Source of the DNA: Phoronis australis
Lineage: Eukaryota > Animalia > Phoronida
DNA: 64,000 bases
NCBI GenBank assembly: GCA_002633005.1
Contig: NMRA01000110.1
Location: 209,850-273,849 of the forward strand
Direction of reading: 5' to 3'
This document shows positions 24,801 through 35,357 of the stretch, piece after piece. Each line of letters starts with the position of its first letter. The first letter of the stretch is position 1. A program made the position numbers and the translations under genes. The notes beneath the pieces are model-generated. The model was not told the DNA's origin. It worked only from the letters and a program-made list of their open reading frames with translations, and ran no database searches.

Positions 24801-25649
24801 CCTACAGCCATGTGTAACTGATACCTACAGTCTTTTGTAACTGATACCTACAGCCATGTATAACTGATGCCTACAGTCATGTGTAACTGATTCCTACAGT
24901 CATGTATAACTGATACCTACAGCTATGTATAACTGATACCTACAGCTATGTATAACTGATACCTACAGCCATGTGTAACTGATACCTGCTGATATGCTTC
25001 TGTACCTGCTGAGTGTCCTAAATCTTTCAACTATTATACAGATCAAGTATGACTATGGATGCACTTTTTAAAACTGATCAATCTTTTTTCATATTTCAGT
25101 ATTACAGATTTGCACAAATCTCATGTGTTGCTGAGGACTGATGTGAAAGCAACTGAAGACATGTTAAGGTTTGTTAAATATCTTGCTGTCTGATGTTCCA
25201 ATTAGCTTTGACCTATGTTAAATAACTGCAAGTTTGTATTCAGTCATCCCTCATACATCTCACATTAAAGACTTCTTGATTCAACTTGCTGTAATCAGCC
25301 ACTCCTATATCTCACATTATCAAAGCTTCACTTCACCTGTATGTCTGCCCTATAGTACTCGTGCACTTTACTACAGTAATAGTTGTAATGTTTATTAAAA
25401 TGCCACAGTTGTATTGTTCTTAGTGAAGATTGTAACTTAAATTGTTTGATATCATTACTGGATTTCTTCACTATTTTGATTTCATTGCTAGTCATCATCT
25501 TGTTTTTCAGAGAAGTGGATATGTTTAAAAGCCTGCCTGTGTCTACAGCACACAAGCACAAGTATGGTCGTCCACCATTACGTAGACAGGAAGTGATGAG
25601 CAGTGGGCAGACTGGTATTGCCGTTAAGTTGAATGATCTCGTGAACTAG
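711..25649 (+). CDS. TBK1: TBK1/IKK-epsilon family Ser/Thr kinase, spliced and 5'-partial. Exons 711-837, 4042-4226, 5028-5109, 5928-6006, 8292-8399, 11745-11924, 12553-12761, 12970-13343, 14552-14790, 17126-17254 (alt. start 17075), 20557-20653, 23225-23415, 25100-25168, 25511-25649
   Basis: All introns GT-AG, phases join without frameshift (2208 nt). Translation has [50 protein letters not shown]...TG.LPFRP, ULD motif FPKTT.E.P and SDD motif [12 protein letters not shown], all characteristic of TBK1/IKBKE. TBK1 versus IKK-epsilon orthology cannot be resolved by eye. Confidence 0.95.
909..2615 (+). mobile_element. Non-autonomous Helentron-type (HINE/DINE-1/Pearl-like) element with internal ~450-bp tandem repeats
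   Basis: 5' sub-TIR tatgcacccac vs 3' gtgggcata; (gtcc)-like microsatellite near 933-968; ~450-bp higher-order repeat built from ~150-bp subunits; 3' hairpin aacgc-tcc-gcgtt (2595-2607) then ctcttgt. Confidence 0.75.
4042..4226 (+). CDS. TBK1: TBK1-like exon, catalytic and activation loops ([21 protein letters not shown])
   Basis: tttcag acceptor, gtaact donor; Ser172-equivalent serine retained. Confidence 0.97.
4211..4415 (+). repeat. 41-bp tandem repeat x5 containing the exon end and splice donor
   Basis: Unit cactgaagagta(c/t)ctggtaactcattcacacctaccatcat starts at 4211, 4252, 4293, 4334, 4375. Confidence 0.97.
5028..5109 (+). CDS. TBK1: TBK1-like exon ([27 protein letters not shown])
   Basis: tttgtag / gtaaga; RAVLR and DLWS motifs. 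Confidence 0.94.
5928..6006 (+). CDS. TBK1: TBK1-like exon ([27 protein letters not shown])
   Basis: ttacag / gtgagt; GVT.Y...TG.LPFRP motif. Confidence 0.94.
6370..8210. mobile_element. Foldback-like non-autonomous DNA transposon with long diverged TIRs made of short subrepeats
   Basis: TA|tgggcagccatttctgcaaaaatatca ... tgatgttttttgcataaaaggccaccca|TA; attcaatcc subrepeats at left mirrored by ggattgaat at right (~330 bp arms). Confidence 0.7.
8292..8399 (+). CDS. TBK1: TBK1-like exon ([36 protein letters not shown])
   Basis: catcag / gtgagt; matches the K.SG.I.G....G.I.WS...P..C.LS pattern. Confidence 0.93.
8600..10040. mobile_element. Degenerate interspersed element with internal direct repeats (possibly Helentron-derived); boundaries approximate
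   Basis: Repeated gagcgacacttggcgaaa and aaaacaggacgatggggagga blocks with (gac/gat)n; palindrome aaaatggccgcc..ccgccatttt; tgcaaatttcatgaaaatcgg motif. Confidence 0.4.
10832..10955 (+). repeat. ~44-bp degenerate repeat x3 with invariant gccatctattgttaaa core
   Basis: Cores at ~10842, ~10886 and ~10930. Confidence 0.85.
11745..11924 (+). CDS. TBK1: TBK1-like exon, end of kinase domain and start of ubiquitin-like domain
   Basis: tttcag / gtaagt; [11 protein letters not shown]...W.FD.F...IYVF. Confidence 0.93.
12553..12761 (+). CDS. TBK1: TBK1-like exon, ubiquitin-like domain
   Basis: tttcag / gtaagt; ELIAQQTGV...Q.L...FPKTTSERP. Confidence 0.92.
12785..12869 (+). repeat. 26-bp tandem repeat x3.3 just after a donor site
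   Basis: gatccagttttacgcaaattaattgt at 12785, 12811, 12837. Confidence 0.95.
12970..13343 (+). CDS. TBK1: TBK1-like exon, scaffold/dimerisation domain (start)
   Basis: tttatag / gtaaga; [10 protein letters not shown] resembles TBK1 DLDGDASMAK; helical composition. Confidence 0.9.
13732..14291. mobile_element. Palindromic MITE (~560 bp) with TA TSD, Tc1/mariner-like
   Basis: TA|tggtgttctctcgttcagtgac ... gtcactgaacgggagaacaccg|TA; arms complementary over ~240 bp. Related left-arm fragments at ~33485-33790 and ~37245-37550. Confidence 0.85.
14552..14790 (+). CDS. TBK1: TBK1-like exon, scaffold/dimerisation domain ([13 protein letters not shown])
   Basis: ttgttag / gtatgt; conserved YNEEQIHK motif. 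Confidence 0.95.
14860..16070 (+). repeat. 35-bp minisatellite (gacagtcaaggttcctctagttcaacctagccata), interrupted by a MITE
   Basis: Period 35 (14879, 14914 ...); about 3 copies before and about 16 progressively degenerate copies after the insertion. Confidence 0.93.
14981..15481. mobile_element. 501-bp MITE, 13-bp perfect TIR, 6-bp TSD (hAT-like termini)
   Basis: AGCCAT|CAGGGCTTGGAAT ... ATTCCAAGCCCTG|AGCCAT. Confidence 0.92.
17075..17254 (+). CDS. TBK1: TBK1-like exon with two in-frame candidate acceptors (start 17075 or 17126)
   Basis: Both acceptors are tttctaattgcag; donor gtgagt at 17255; NKL....KA....D.C resembles TBK1 QKL....KA....DEC. Confidence 0.88.
17244..17620 (+). repeat. 55-bp tandem repeat x7, each copy containing the splice donor CAG|GTGAGT
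   Basis: ggctggttcaggtgagtttaacactgaatgggggcactgcgggcagttactctat at 17244, 17299, 17354, 17409, 17464, 17519, 17574. Confidence 0.98.
20557..20653 (+). CDS. TBK1: TBK1-like exon ([32 protein letters not shown])
   Basis: Strong polypyrimidine tttcag acceptor, gtaagt donor, phase fits both neighbours; coiled-coil-like. Confidence 0.8.
21296..23131 (+). repeat. 27-bp intronic minisatellite, ~68 copies (gacgtagaagaggcaaaatatgggaat)
   Basis: Homogeneous core; variant units (gacatag, gacag) only at both edges. Confidence 0.99.
23225..23415 (+). CDS. TBK1: TBK1-like exon, C-terminal linker
   Basis: ttacag / gtaact, open frame, phase consistent. Confidence 0.8.
24508..24987 (+). repeat. 23-bp minisatellite, ~21 copies (tacagccatgtgtaactgatacc)
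   Basis: Period 23 (24531, 24554, 24577 ...). Confidence 0.96.
25100..25168 (+). CDS. TBK1: TBK1-like exon, C-terminal helix ([22 protein letters not shown])
   Basis: tttcag / gtttgt; heptad pattern like the adaptor-binding helix; phase consistent. Confidence 0.75.
25511..25649 (+). CDS. TBK1: TBK1-like terminal coding exon, stop TAG at 25647-25649
   Basis: tttttcag acceptor, phase consistent, AATAAA signals follow from ~25875. Confidence 0.78.
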
Positions 25650-25848
25650 GTGGGTAGTGGGCATACGTTGCCCACTGTCCAGATTAGTCTAACATTTCTG
25701 ACAGCACAACATTACTCTATATTCACGTTGTTATGGTTACCTTATATTCATCTATTGGTGTGGAATTATTATTATTATGTCACCTTATTATGAGAAAATG
25801 CAGATATAGTGCATTCTGTGCTTAACTTGTATTAGCCATAATCAATAT

Positions 25849-26050
25849 GAAAAAGGTCTTGAATTTTTGTTTCCAATAAAACCATGAAAGACTAAAAAAA
25901 ACTATAAAATATAAACCATAAAAATAAAACATTAAAAAGTCAAAAAAAAGAAAAAGGTCTTGAATTTTTGTTTCCAATAAAACCATGAAAGACTAAAAAA
26001 ACTATAAAATATAAACCATAAAAATAAAACATTAAAAAGTCAAAAAAAAA
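25849..26050 (+). repeat. ~101-bp direct duplication in the presumed 3' UTR, including AATAAA signals
   Basis: gaaaaaggtcttgaatttttgtttccaataaaacc...aaaaagtcaaaaaaaa occurs twice in tandem, differing only in A-run lengths. Confidence 0.95.
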
Positions 26051-26179
26051 TAATATTGTACGAAAAGTGTGTTGACTCTTGTACATAACTTGTGTAAAAC
26101 ATAAAAGAGATCTATTGTATTGTTTTAATATGAACTTTTAAAATGTGCCAAAAAAGAATCTGTCACTTGCCTTAATTAG

Positions 26180-26282
26180 AACATTTTCTTATCCAGGTTT
26201 CCACTACTGCATATGAACATTTTGTTATCCAGGTTCCCACTACTGCATATGAACATTTTCTTATCCAGGTTCCCACTACTGT
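26180..26282 (+). repeat. ~36-bp tandem repeat x3
   Basis: gaacattttcttatccaggttcccactactgcatat units. Confidence 0.9.
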
Positions 26283-26625
26283 AAATGTTGTTGCACATGA
26301 AGGTGCTATAAAGATTAATGAGGTGGGTGCCTTTTCAAATACAAAAATTTGTGGATTCCCATTTCCCAGTCATGCAGTCATTGCCTGGTGTGATGAATCA
26401 GTAACATTTTGATCATCGTTTTTAATTGCCTGTAGTGAGACTAAAGGTGACATTCTATTGCCTTCCCTGATGGTTCCAATCTATGGAGCAGGTTTGATTG
26501 CAATCAAGCAAAGCCAGAATTGACGGATTTTGACGCTAAATTTGTCAGTCAGCAGAGTGCATACTTGGTGAAGCAGACACCACAAACTTTAAATTTAATA
26601 AATCAAGTAAGTGTTGGAGAATCTT

Positions 26626-26845
26626 CCTGTTGAACCAACCAATGAACTCCATTCTATCCCCTAATGAACCAATGAATGAGCTCCATTGTACCTCCTATTG
26701 AACCTATCAATGAACTCCATTCCAGCCCCTGATAAACCAATCAACAAACTCCATTCTACCCCTTGCTGAACCAATCAATGAGCTCCACTCTAGCCCCTGT
26801 TGAACCAATCAACGAGCCCTATTCTACCCCTGTTGAACCAATCAG
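26626..26845 (+). repeat. ~35-bp degenerate tandem repeat x6
   Basis: tgaaccaatcaatgaactccattctacccc units. Confidence 0.85.
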
Positions 26846-27588
26846 TGGCGTTCAATATGTAAGCATGCAAATCTTGTTTTAACTAAAATAGGATTTCAAC
26901 CTAAAATACGAACCAAAGCAATTATTTTTTTTTCAGAAATGGCGCTGCATGGCTCTTTGACTAATTTTTTGCAGCTTCTGTTTTGTTCAGAGCTCACTTT
27001 AATTAAGCCACTGACGTCGAGTGTCCTTCCCTCTTGACAGTTTCCTGAGAATTTGACCTACATATCGGTGACTTTGGTGTCATGCCATTACCACTATTTA
27101 CCTGTGTTTAATTGTAAAATGTTTGCAAGGTGCAATCTAAAGCAGTCATTGGTGTTGTAATAGGGTTGCTGTTTTTTGAGAATCACTTTGAGAGCCACAA
27201 ACTTCACCACAAGGTTGAAAGGTATACCTCAGCTAATTTGAATGCTGCCAGTGTTTAACTTCATGTTTCAAACCAGGTGTGCTTGGGTATTTCAGTTTAT
27301 TAAAGTAGATGGGTATTTAGACAAGTGTTCTGATCAAGGTTTGTGACTGATTCGTCACTGTTAGTTAATACTCTATGTGACATTAGAGCTTGTTGTGCTG
27401 CCAGAATGTTCAGTGAATACATCCACTGCACTTGATTTTCAGCTTGAGGCAATTTTGCCCACCTCTCACTTAGTGCACGTTCATTGAAGGTTGAAGTGAC
27501 CCATAACTTTTCATTGTGAAATTCACGTGTATATTTTGCTTAAAAGTGATAGAGTCAAAAGCTATTCATAAGGCTTTCTAATGGACCA

Positions 27589-27799
27589 GGGACTCGTTCC
27601 AACAAAACTGACTTAGCTAAGTAAATTTTATAATAAAGTTTAAATATACCTAAAAACATTTCAAGAAAAAGATCTTAAGCTTGACTTAAGTGTTTGACAT
27701 AATGTTTTTCTTAATTTTGACTAACCGGAAGTGGAAGTTTCAAAGTTTGGAAGTTAAGATTCTTAAATGAACTTAACTCAGTTTCTTGGAAGAGGCGCC
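27589..27799. mobile_element. Degenerate ~210-bp MITE-like inverted repeat
   Basis: gggactcgttccaacaaaactgacttag vs reverse complement of the right end ggcgcctcttccaagaaactgagttaag. Confidence 0.45.
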
Positions 27800-29479
27800 A
27801 TAACTTTGTCTCATTTCATGTAAACTGAACCAAACTAGACTCTACTTGCTGTTACTCTGTGAGTATTTCGTTATGTAATCATAAATGAATGAATTATTTG
27901 TAGCAAATAACGTGAAATAAAGTAAAAAAGAATAAAAAGTTTACCTTGTAAAAAATCGAGAATTTGTGTTGTTGACAGTACTTGCCAATTGTACTGCTCT
28001 TGGCGGACTCTCTCACACCATCAAAATGTTCCGCTATTTAACACTTGGCGACACTGACATGTTATCATACATTTTCCCACCCGGCACAGTACTATTTTTC
28101 CGTTCAACTAAAAAGTAAAAACGGGACGTTTCATAGGTTTTGAGGAACCCACAATTGCACATTCGTCTCAAAAACGCCGTCGGGTGCTTTTGGGTGTAAC
28201 GCCTCCCGTTCTACGTTTTGTGTGTTGCTGCGAACATTTCACTCTTTCGTTTTGGCATTGTCCCAGATGCCCTGGTTTTTATCCTGAAGCAGGGCCGTAG
28301 GAAGCGGAGGGGGGAGGGGCGTGCCCCCAAACATAGCAGGCGTCGGGGTTAAACCTTGGCAGCCGACATAGGCTTGGGTCCGGGGACAATCGTGAAAAGA
28401 AAGACTACGACTACGAATAAGAGAGAAAATTCAAGAGAACATTTGACAAGTCAGTATCAACGCATGGTTTACCCTTTGAGGACCCTGGCCAGGAAGTTGT
28501 TAGGTCTGTGTTTTTGTTGCTTATATGTTGGTTGTCTAAACGCTATTTAAAACGTGCACTTCATCATTCATATGTTTTCAAAAAATCGAGAAAATTCGTG
28601 AAGCAAAGCTTTTCGGAGCATATTAATTCACTGGATTTTTAAATAAAACAAGACAGTTTTGAAAATGCAGAAATACAAAATTGTGTTTTCCAGAGGCCCT
28701 TCTCTAGCAAAGGATAACAAAGACAAATGTCGCTCTATTTTTGTGTTTTTCTTTCTCTAAATTGATGACGTGGCAGATAACGTCAATTCCTGACTTAAAA
28801 TATAGATTTTTTCATATTTAGGGGCCCAGCTCTTGAAGAGGAGCATTGATGAAATTCAAGTAGCTACCGTTTTTGTTTTTTAATTGGCAAATTCTTAAGG
28901 TGTCGCTCACGAAGATAGGGTCCAATGTTTGAATCGATTATCTCTATTTTCCTGGTTTTTGTGAAATCGTACAACCGGCTTTCGTGCTGAGGAAAATCAC
29001 TTCTTGCCAGCTCACCCGACAATGGAATGAAATGTCACTCTTTTCCGTGCTAAATGATGTGTAGCCTTTCATCTTAGGTGTACCATTTCAGACGGGAACC
29101 CCTCTCGGTGGGGCGGTTCGGGTGTCCCTCTAGACGTGTAAAGCCGACACTTCCAAGTATTCTCGAGGGGAAATTGAGATTCCAAATTCATCAGAAACAC
29201 AAAACAACCAAAAATGTGAAAAATAGAATAGGATTGACCACTGGTGCACCATGTTATATCACAAGAATAGTGTTTTTGAAGATCGTTACTAAGATCTGTT
29301 TGTAATGAATTCACACATGTCCAAAAGACTGATGACCGCGTACATGTCGAACGGGGAACTCAAAATATTCGATACAATAAACAAATATTTCAGCGCTTTT
29401 TTGAAGTTCAAGTTAAACTCGTGAACCGTTATAGGTACCTCGGAAATGAGCAAAAATACACCTTGTTATGAATGCTCCA

Positions 29480-30442
29480 CATAGGCGGATTTAGGGGGGC
29501 CCGCCNTGCCGCAAAAAATAAAACAGCAAGAGCGTAGGGAAATGTTGAGTTTATTAATTAACCTCGGTAATTAAAATTATACGGATGAAACAAGATTTAA
29601 ATGTGTGCAGTTTTAGTGATTGGGGGGCTCAGATCCAATTTCAAGTGTCAAATTCGAAACGCGGCGCATTCGTAACGGAACTATGGCTAAGTATAGGCTC
29701 TCCCGCGATATCCCAGGCGACCGGCAGTGGCGCTGCGCACTACGACTCCGTTTCCGTCGTCTGCTCCACTATGCAATGAAAAAAATTTACTTCATTTTTT
29801 AAAGAAAATGGAAGCTGAGTGACGATGAAAAAACAGAAGCTGTTAGTAAGATGTGAATTTTAATCGAATCCTTAGTGAATCACTCAGAAACTTATAATTC
29901 TCTCTTTGTCAAGCCTTAACTTAAGACGATTTCCAAAGCAATCCCGTCATTATTGCCAACACGAAAAACGGATTTGGTCTTTTGGGCATTTGAAAACTAT
30001 TTTAAATACAGCAAATTTGTTAAGAACCGATTGCACAAAGTATAAAAAATGTAATAAGCATTACAAAAAGAAGTAGGTTTCGCGCGCAAACGCTGTGGAC
30101 CATAAACAAGTAGGTCTCTCAATATCAAGGTAGGAGTTGAATCGTGGTGGTGTAGTGGTAAATATGCTCGCTCTATCCTCCAGGTCACGAGTTCAAGTCT
30201 GACGTTTTTGCAGTTTTTCTTGTTAGACACGTTCTCCGTTTTTTTGCCTTTTTTCTTGGATAATTCTTCAGGAATCAATGCTTGATTTTTAGAGGAAAAA
30301 ACAGAAAAATTTTCCTGGGCGGGCAAATACCCTGACCCGACCTCCCCCCATTCGGTGCTATGCGCATCTACAATCGTGGTTTGCGCAAGTGCTTACAGAC
30401 AAAATGTTGGGCCCCCCTTGTGATATCCTAGATCCGCCACTG
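29480..30442 (+). mobile_element. ~1-kb non-autonomous element, copy 1, imperfect TIR GGCGGAT...ATCCGCC
   Basis: Starts cataggcggatttagggggg, ends tcctagatccgccactg; colinear with the copy at 41516-42514. Confidence 0.8.
30141..30209 (+). promoter_or_regulatory. tRNA-like internal Pol III promoter (A box, B box, T-run); pseudo-tRNA or SINE head
   Basis: TGGTGTAGTGG at 30148-30158, GTTCAAGTC at 30191-30199, TTTTT at 30205-30209; cloverleaf stems do not pair well. Confidence 0.5.
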
Positions 30443-31749
30443 CGATAAATTAAATTTAACTTGTTAAATGCATTTATCGTCATTATTTTGATATTTTTCA
30501 CATTATTTTGATATCAACCCTTTGAGTTTATTTTTTATTACTCATCTTTATTTATAGTCCCAGGGTCTACTTCTGTATTCATACATTTCTCTATGCGACA
30601 TCTGATTGGTCGCTCATATTGCCTTAGTTCAGTTCAACGTGGTCTAACTCATTCAGCCACCTACCTCGTCGTATACAAGACCTATGTTCTTCTCTGCAGT
30701 TTTTTCCCACCCTCATCCCGGGTGTCTGTTCAACTTTTTTCTTTTGCTCATATACATTACCTGTTAGGTATTTTCAAGTTTTGTGTTCATGTTCTGTACT
30801 TTTTCTTTAGGCCCTTCAGGCAGTTCTTTTGCTTTGGTTCCCTCTTTCAAAGCTATTCGTTGTACATTTTTTTCATGCCCATCTTGCAGAGTCTTATTTA
30901 GTTCCTTCTATATACGTCATAATAAATGACATTGTTCGCAATCCTCCTCTTGTTTTACTCTGCAACGGAGCTCATGGCTTACCCCGGGCAGAATAGATTA
31001 TGATAAATATATCCGAGCACAGTTGTTCAACTACTTCTGCCTGACAAACTTCTGGTAGACGAAAATCTTTAAGACGCAAACACTTGTCATTACTCCAAAG
31101 TTGAGACATTGATGTGAAAATTTCTGTTCCATGTTCTTGAATCGGTGGTTACAGAAAATTGTGTCAGCTGGGAAACTTAAATCACAATGTGAACTCCACT
31201 GGCAAATAGTTTTGAAAAATTACTGGCGTAACTCAGTAGTGCAATATTTATCTGCACGGTAATCAGACCACATAGTTTCAGTTTCACTTTCAGCCACTGA
31301 AGATCTGTTGCTACACCACGAGGAGTGAAACACAGTGAGCAACAATCTAGGGGTAAACAATTGTATATAAATCTATCAGCATGACTTCCCTATCAAAATA
31401 TTGAATGCATCCAGGCATTCTCCAGTAATACAATTATGTATTAACAAATTCTTCCAGGGCTGCACTGTTCAGGGAATTTCCAGCGCGTCATACATAATGT
31501 GACCATTGAGGAACTGCATCAGTTAAATCACATTTGCAAACATGGATAAATTTTAAGGAAATGATACTGCTAATAATTATGGTCTTTGTGAAGTTGAGAA
31601 TTTTGTTTGCCTTCAAACAGTTTCATCAGGATGGTGAATAACAACTGACTCAGCGAAATTCCTTTTTTCATCCAAAAAGCATTAAATGCCTGCAGAAATT
31701 TTCGACATCTGCCTTTCCTGATGTCTTCTTGTGCATACTAGGTGGCGCT

Positions 31750-34700
31750 GCTCACAAGATGATCATGTGGCAAAGTATGGATATTTCTTAATAATCTGCA
31801 CATACTGGCTCTTTTTGAATGTTATGCACTTTTTCAGGTAACATACTGCTTTTTCATGGAAAATGTCACATGACTGTGAACACCCCCTGGTGAACACAAG
31901 AATTGACCCAAAGATCCTGAGATTTTGTCAAGTGGTTCCAGAGATATGACTGCATGCAATCTATACTATTCATAGGCTAAATTTTGACCTAATTATGCAT
32001 GCAAATCAGGGTTAACGAGGTCAAATAATTCCTCTATTTTAGGATCAAAAATGCACCTCTAAATTGTCATGTGCACCTAAAATGGCTATTGTAGATAAAC
32101 TTGCACACTCTTACGCTTAGCGCCTGGACTATAAATGCCGAGAATAATTCGCTTACAAGGAAAACACGCATTTTTAAAGCATACAGTTATTTTTCACCGC
32201 TGCTTCTTCAGTCTTGTTCAAAGTGACTTGCACCGGGATCAAAGCGAACGCAGCAGTGCATGTGGAGAATTTCTCGATTACACTGGTCACAGTTCTGGTT
32301 CCCTAAGCCCCAAACAACTTTTGCAATGGCTATTCAACACGCCCTTTGTATTGATGTAGATCTAAGCTAATGAAGTGGGATGTAATAACCAGCACTACTT
32401 TCTTAACAAATTGTGATTGTTATTACACTGGAATTGGTTTTCTCTGCCATTTGCAATGTGGAGAGTAGTTTTAACTTGGTACATTTTAAATTTTACAAAA
32501 AGACTAAAAAGTTAACTTGCATCGATATTGAAAAAGGACCACTTCGATCCCAACGGAGCGTAGATTTTAAATATGTTTCATGCAAACCCCCCTCCCGACC
32601 NAATGGTACTGGTCATGTAATTGCAAAATTCAAATTTCAGTGCTGTGGAAAATTACTAGTCTTTTACATTTCGCCTGTGTGGAAAAACACCGACCACACA
32701 CAGCCGACTACGATTAGCAGACGACGTACTTGCTGGAAGTAAAACAATGCTAATTTTTACCCTCTGACACAGCGCCACCTATACTGAAAAGTAACCGTGT
32801 AGACGCATGATGAACGACACACGGAATTCCGTGTATGGGCATCAATGCGCATGCTTGGTCGGAAGTTTACCGATCACATCGCCACCACTTGCACACGCCT
32901 TCTATACACTGTACTTGTTTGGGCTTAAGATACTGGATAGGTGTTTCCTTGATTTTGTTTACTTCAATCACTGCCCGTTTTAATAAATTACAACTAATTA
33001 CGTCCGAGGTGGTCGCCAAATTGCGAAACAGTAAACTGAAAGGGGTTTCCCAGATTTCAACCAGTGGGAACGCTGACTGAGTGTTATGACGTCGGCTTCA
33101 TTACTTTAACCAATGAGAAGCCATGTTAAACAACATTCACAGTGCTACCAAAGACGCCCTACGGTCTCTGGTGATACTTTTCCGTGAGAGAGTGTACTAC
33201 GAGGTGTCGCTAGTAAATAATGACGTCACGGGTTATACGTAAGATCACACATTTCGTTCATTGAAAATATACGGAGTTAGCGGTCCTTGTACTATAGTCT
33301 GTGGTCTCAACAAGAGCCGTTTTCTGAGTTTCCTGAAGTTAAAATTTGCCTTGTGTTTGGAAGTTTTTCCTTATATTTTGCCACTTTCTTGAGATTATTC
33401 TTATCTTACCTATCAGACTGGCTATCTGGCTTACTTTTTCCTTGGCTGTTAGGATATTTTAATATAGCCGTCTGCCATAACACATCTGTTGTTCAGTAAC
33501 TTTTCCAGACGTGAGGGGTGCTGAACGTGGGATAACATCTGGCTCTTTTGTTAACTTCCCAGCTCAGTCTTTTGTCCCGTATGATAACAAGCAGGCCAAT
33601 TATCTCCCAGGCTTCAAAGGAAACATGGTGGTTGGCACGCTATTACCGAAAGTGTATGAACACAGTCAAACCCAGTGCTTCCGTTTGGACAGAATAGATT
33701 GTCTTCACTTCTGTTGTAGTTGGGCAATTTTGGTGATTCAAAAACGAAACATGATCACCATTTGACCAGGAATTCAGAAATTCTGTTGGTTTGAGCTCAA
33801 ATATGCTATAACTTAACTTTCATTTTTAATAGCACAGCCCAGTCAGCCGATCTGATCGGAGATTAGAGCAGTTATCGAACAAAAGAGCGCAGCCCCCCCA
33901 ACCATAAATGACAGAATGGAGTTAATCAGTCGTGTAAGATATTGGCTACGGGAGTAAACTTCCCAACTTGTTGTTTTGCTGTAGAATTGAACAAGTTGGG
34001 AGCAAAGGGATGTCGCCGTCATGACGGCGAAATTGGAATTAATAATAAATCGAAATGTGCTTAGGCATGTCGATATCGAAATCGTTTGCTCCTGCATCGA
34101 GTTCGATTATAATTCGATTAATCGTCGCACCCTTATCAAAAGGCATTAGTTAATTTGAACAAGTCGATCGTTGCATGCGCCCCAGAATATGTTTAGCTAA
34201 AAAGCGTTGCAAGCGAAGTTCCATGGCCTACCGACTGGAGTATGAATTGAGTCAATTTCAAACCAAAGAAGCAATATTCAAGCTCTGATGGCATAATGTC
34301 ATGACCCACCACCAGTTTCCGAACACTTTCTTGCTATTTTCAGAAAACCTCTTATTTTTGAATACTTGTCTTTGACTAAAGCGCAATGCTAAGCGGGTCG
34401 GGCGGTAATGGTACATTTGACATTGATTGCACTTGGTCAATGAGCAATGATGAAAAAGTGACGCCTTGACAATTAACCCACAACGAATTTGATGAATATC
34501 AAACTCTGGTACTGATTTCACACAGAATCAAATAGGTTTGGTGTCGTTTTAACTCCATATTCTGAAGATTTTGGCGAAAATTAATCCAGTTGTTCATTGG
34601 AAACTTCTTTACCTGTCGAGAAATTCAAACATTTATTGAATGAATCATTGCAGAATCATAATGGTGAGTCCGTGCACGCATCGGAGCCGGAGGCTGGCCG

Positions 34701-35357
34701 TAGGCAATACAACAAAGGACAAATAACTCTCTGGAGACGGTGTGAAAGAGCGGCGAAATATCTGGCTGAGTTGACGACACTTTTTTTAGGAACCTCTTCC
34801 TGAGTTTGACCGTTCTGCCGTCTTGATTAATGTCAACGTTAAAGGCTATGACGTACAAAATTTGGTTGAGAGAACCAGTCATGCGGCAAACTACAGTGAC
34901 CTCCACACAATTACTAACAGGAGTCAACGCCATGCAGGAGAAAACATGACTTCAAACAACGTAAAACCAAATGGTCGCAAAATACTTGTATTTATGCTTA
35001 TAATACACAGAACTACACTTCAAAATGTAAAAGTTCTGCAAATGCTCCACGCCATATAAATTCATTATTCCCCCAACCGGTGCTTTAATTGTAATAGAGT
35101 CCCAAGTGAACTCTCAGTCCTCTGGTGAGGGGGCGCAACACAAAAGGCGTCGCCACCAGGATAGTCTTTTCTCGTTCTTTGTTCGTGACGGAGACTTATT
35201 CTTACGATTTTTCTTTTGTTTCAGATACCCGTGATCGTCATCAGTATATTCTTTTCTCACGCTAACGCTATTGACAGGGGAGAGGTGGCCCATGCTGTAA
35301 CCTCTGTCACCAGTAAGGTCATCGACACCTCCCTCGTTGCCATAAGAAGCATCGACA
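31750..35357 (+). repeat. Copy A of a near-identical multi-kb duplication (copy B ~36100-39093)
   Basis: Colinear sequence with scattered SNPs and small indels; duplicated ORF-track entries (32135/36482, 34597/38333). Confidence 0.95.
35114..35357 (-). CDS. 3' end of a second copy of the orphan repeat-protein ORF, cut by the assembly gap
   Basis: Nearly identical to 38850-39093; ends KRLSWWRRLLCCAPSPED-stop. Confidence 0.45.

Noticed and set aside
30141-30209. Functional tRNA gene
   Set aside because: Acceptor, anticodon and T stems do not pair; kept only as a tRNA-like promoter.
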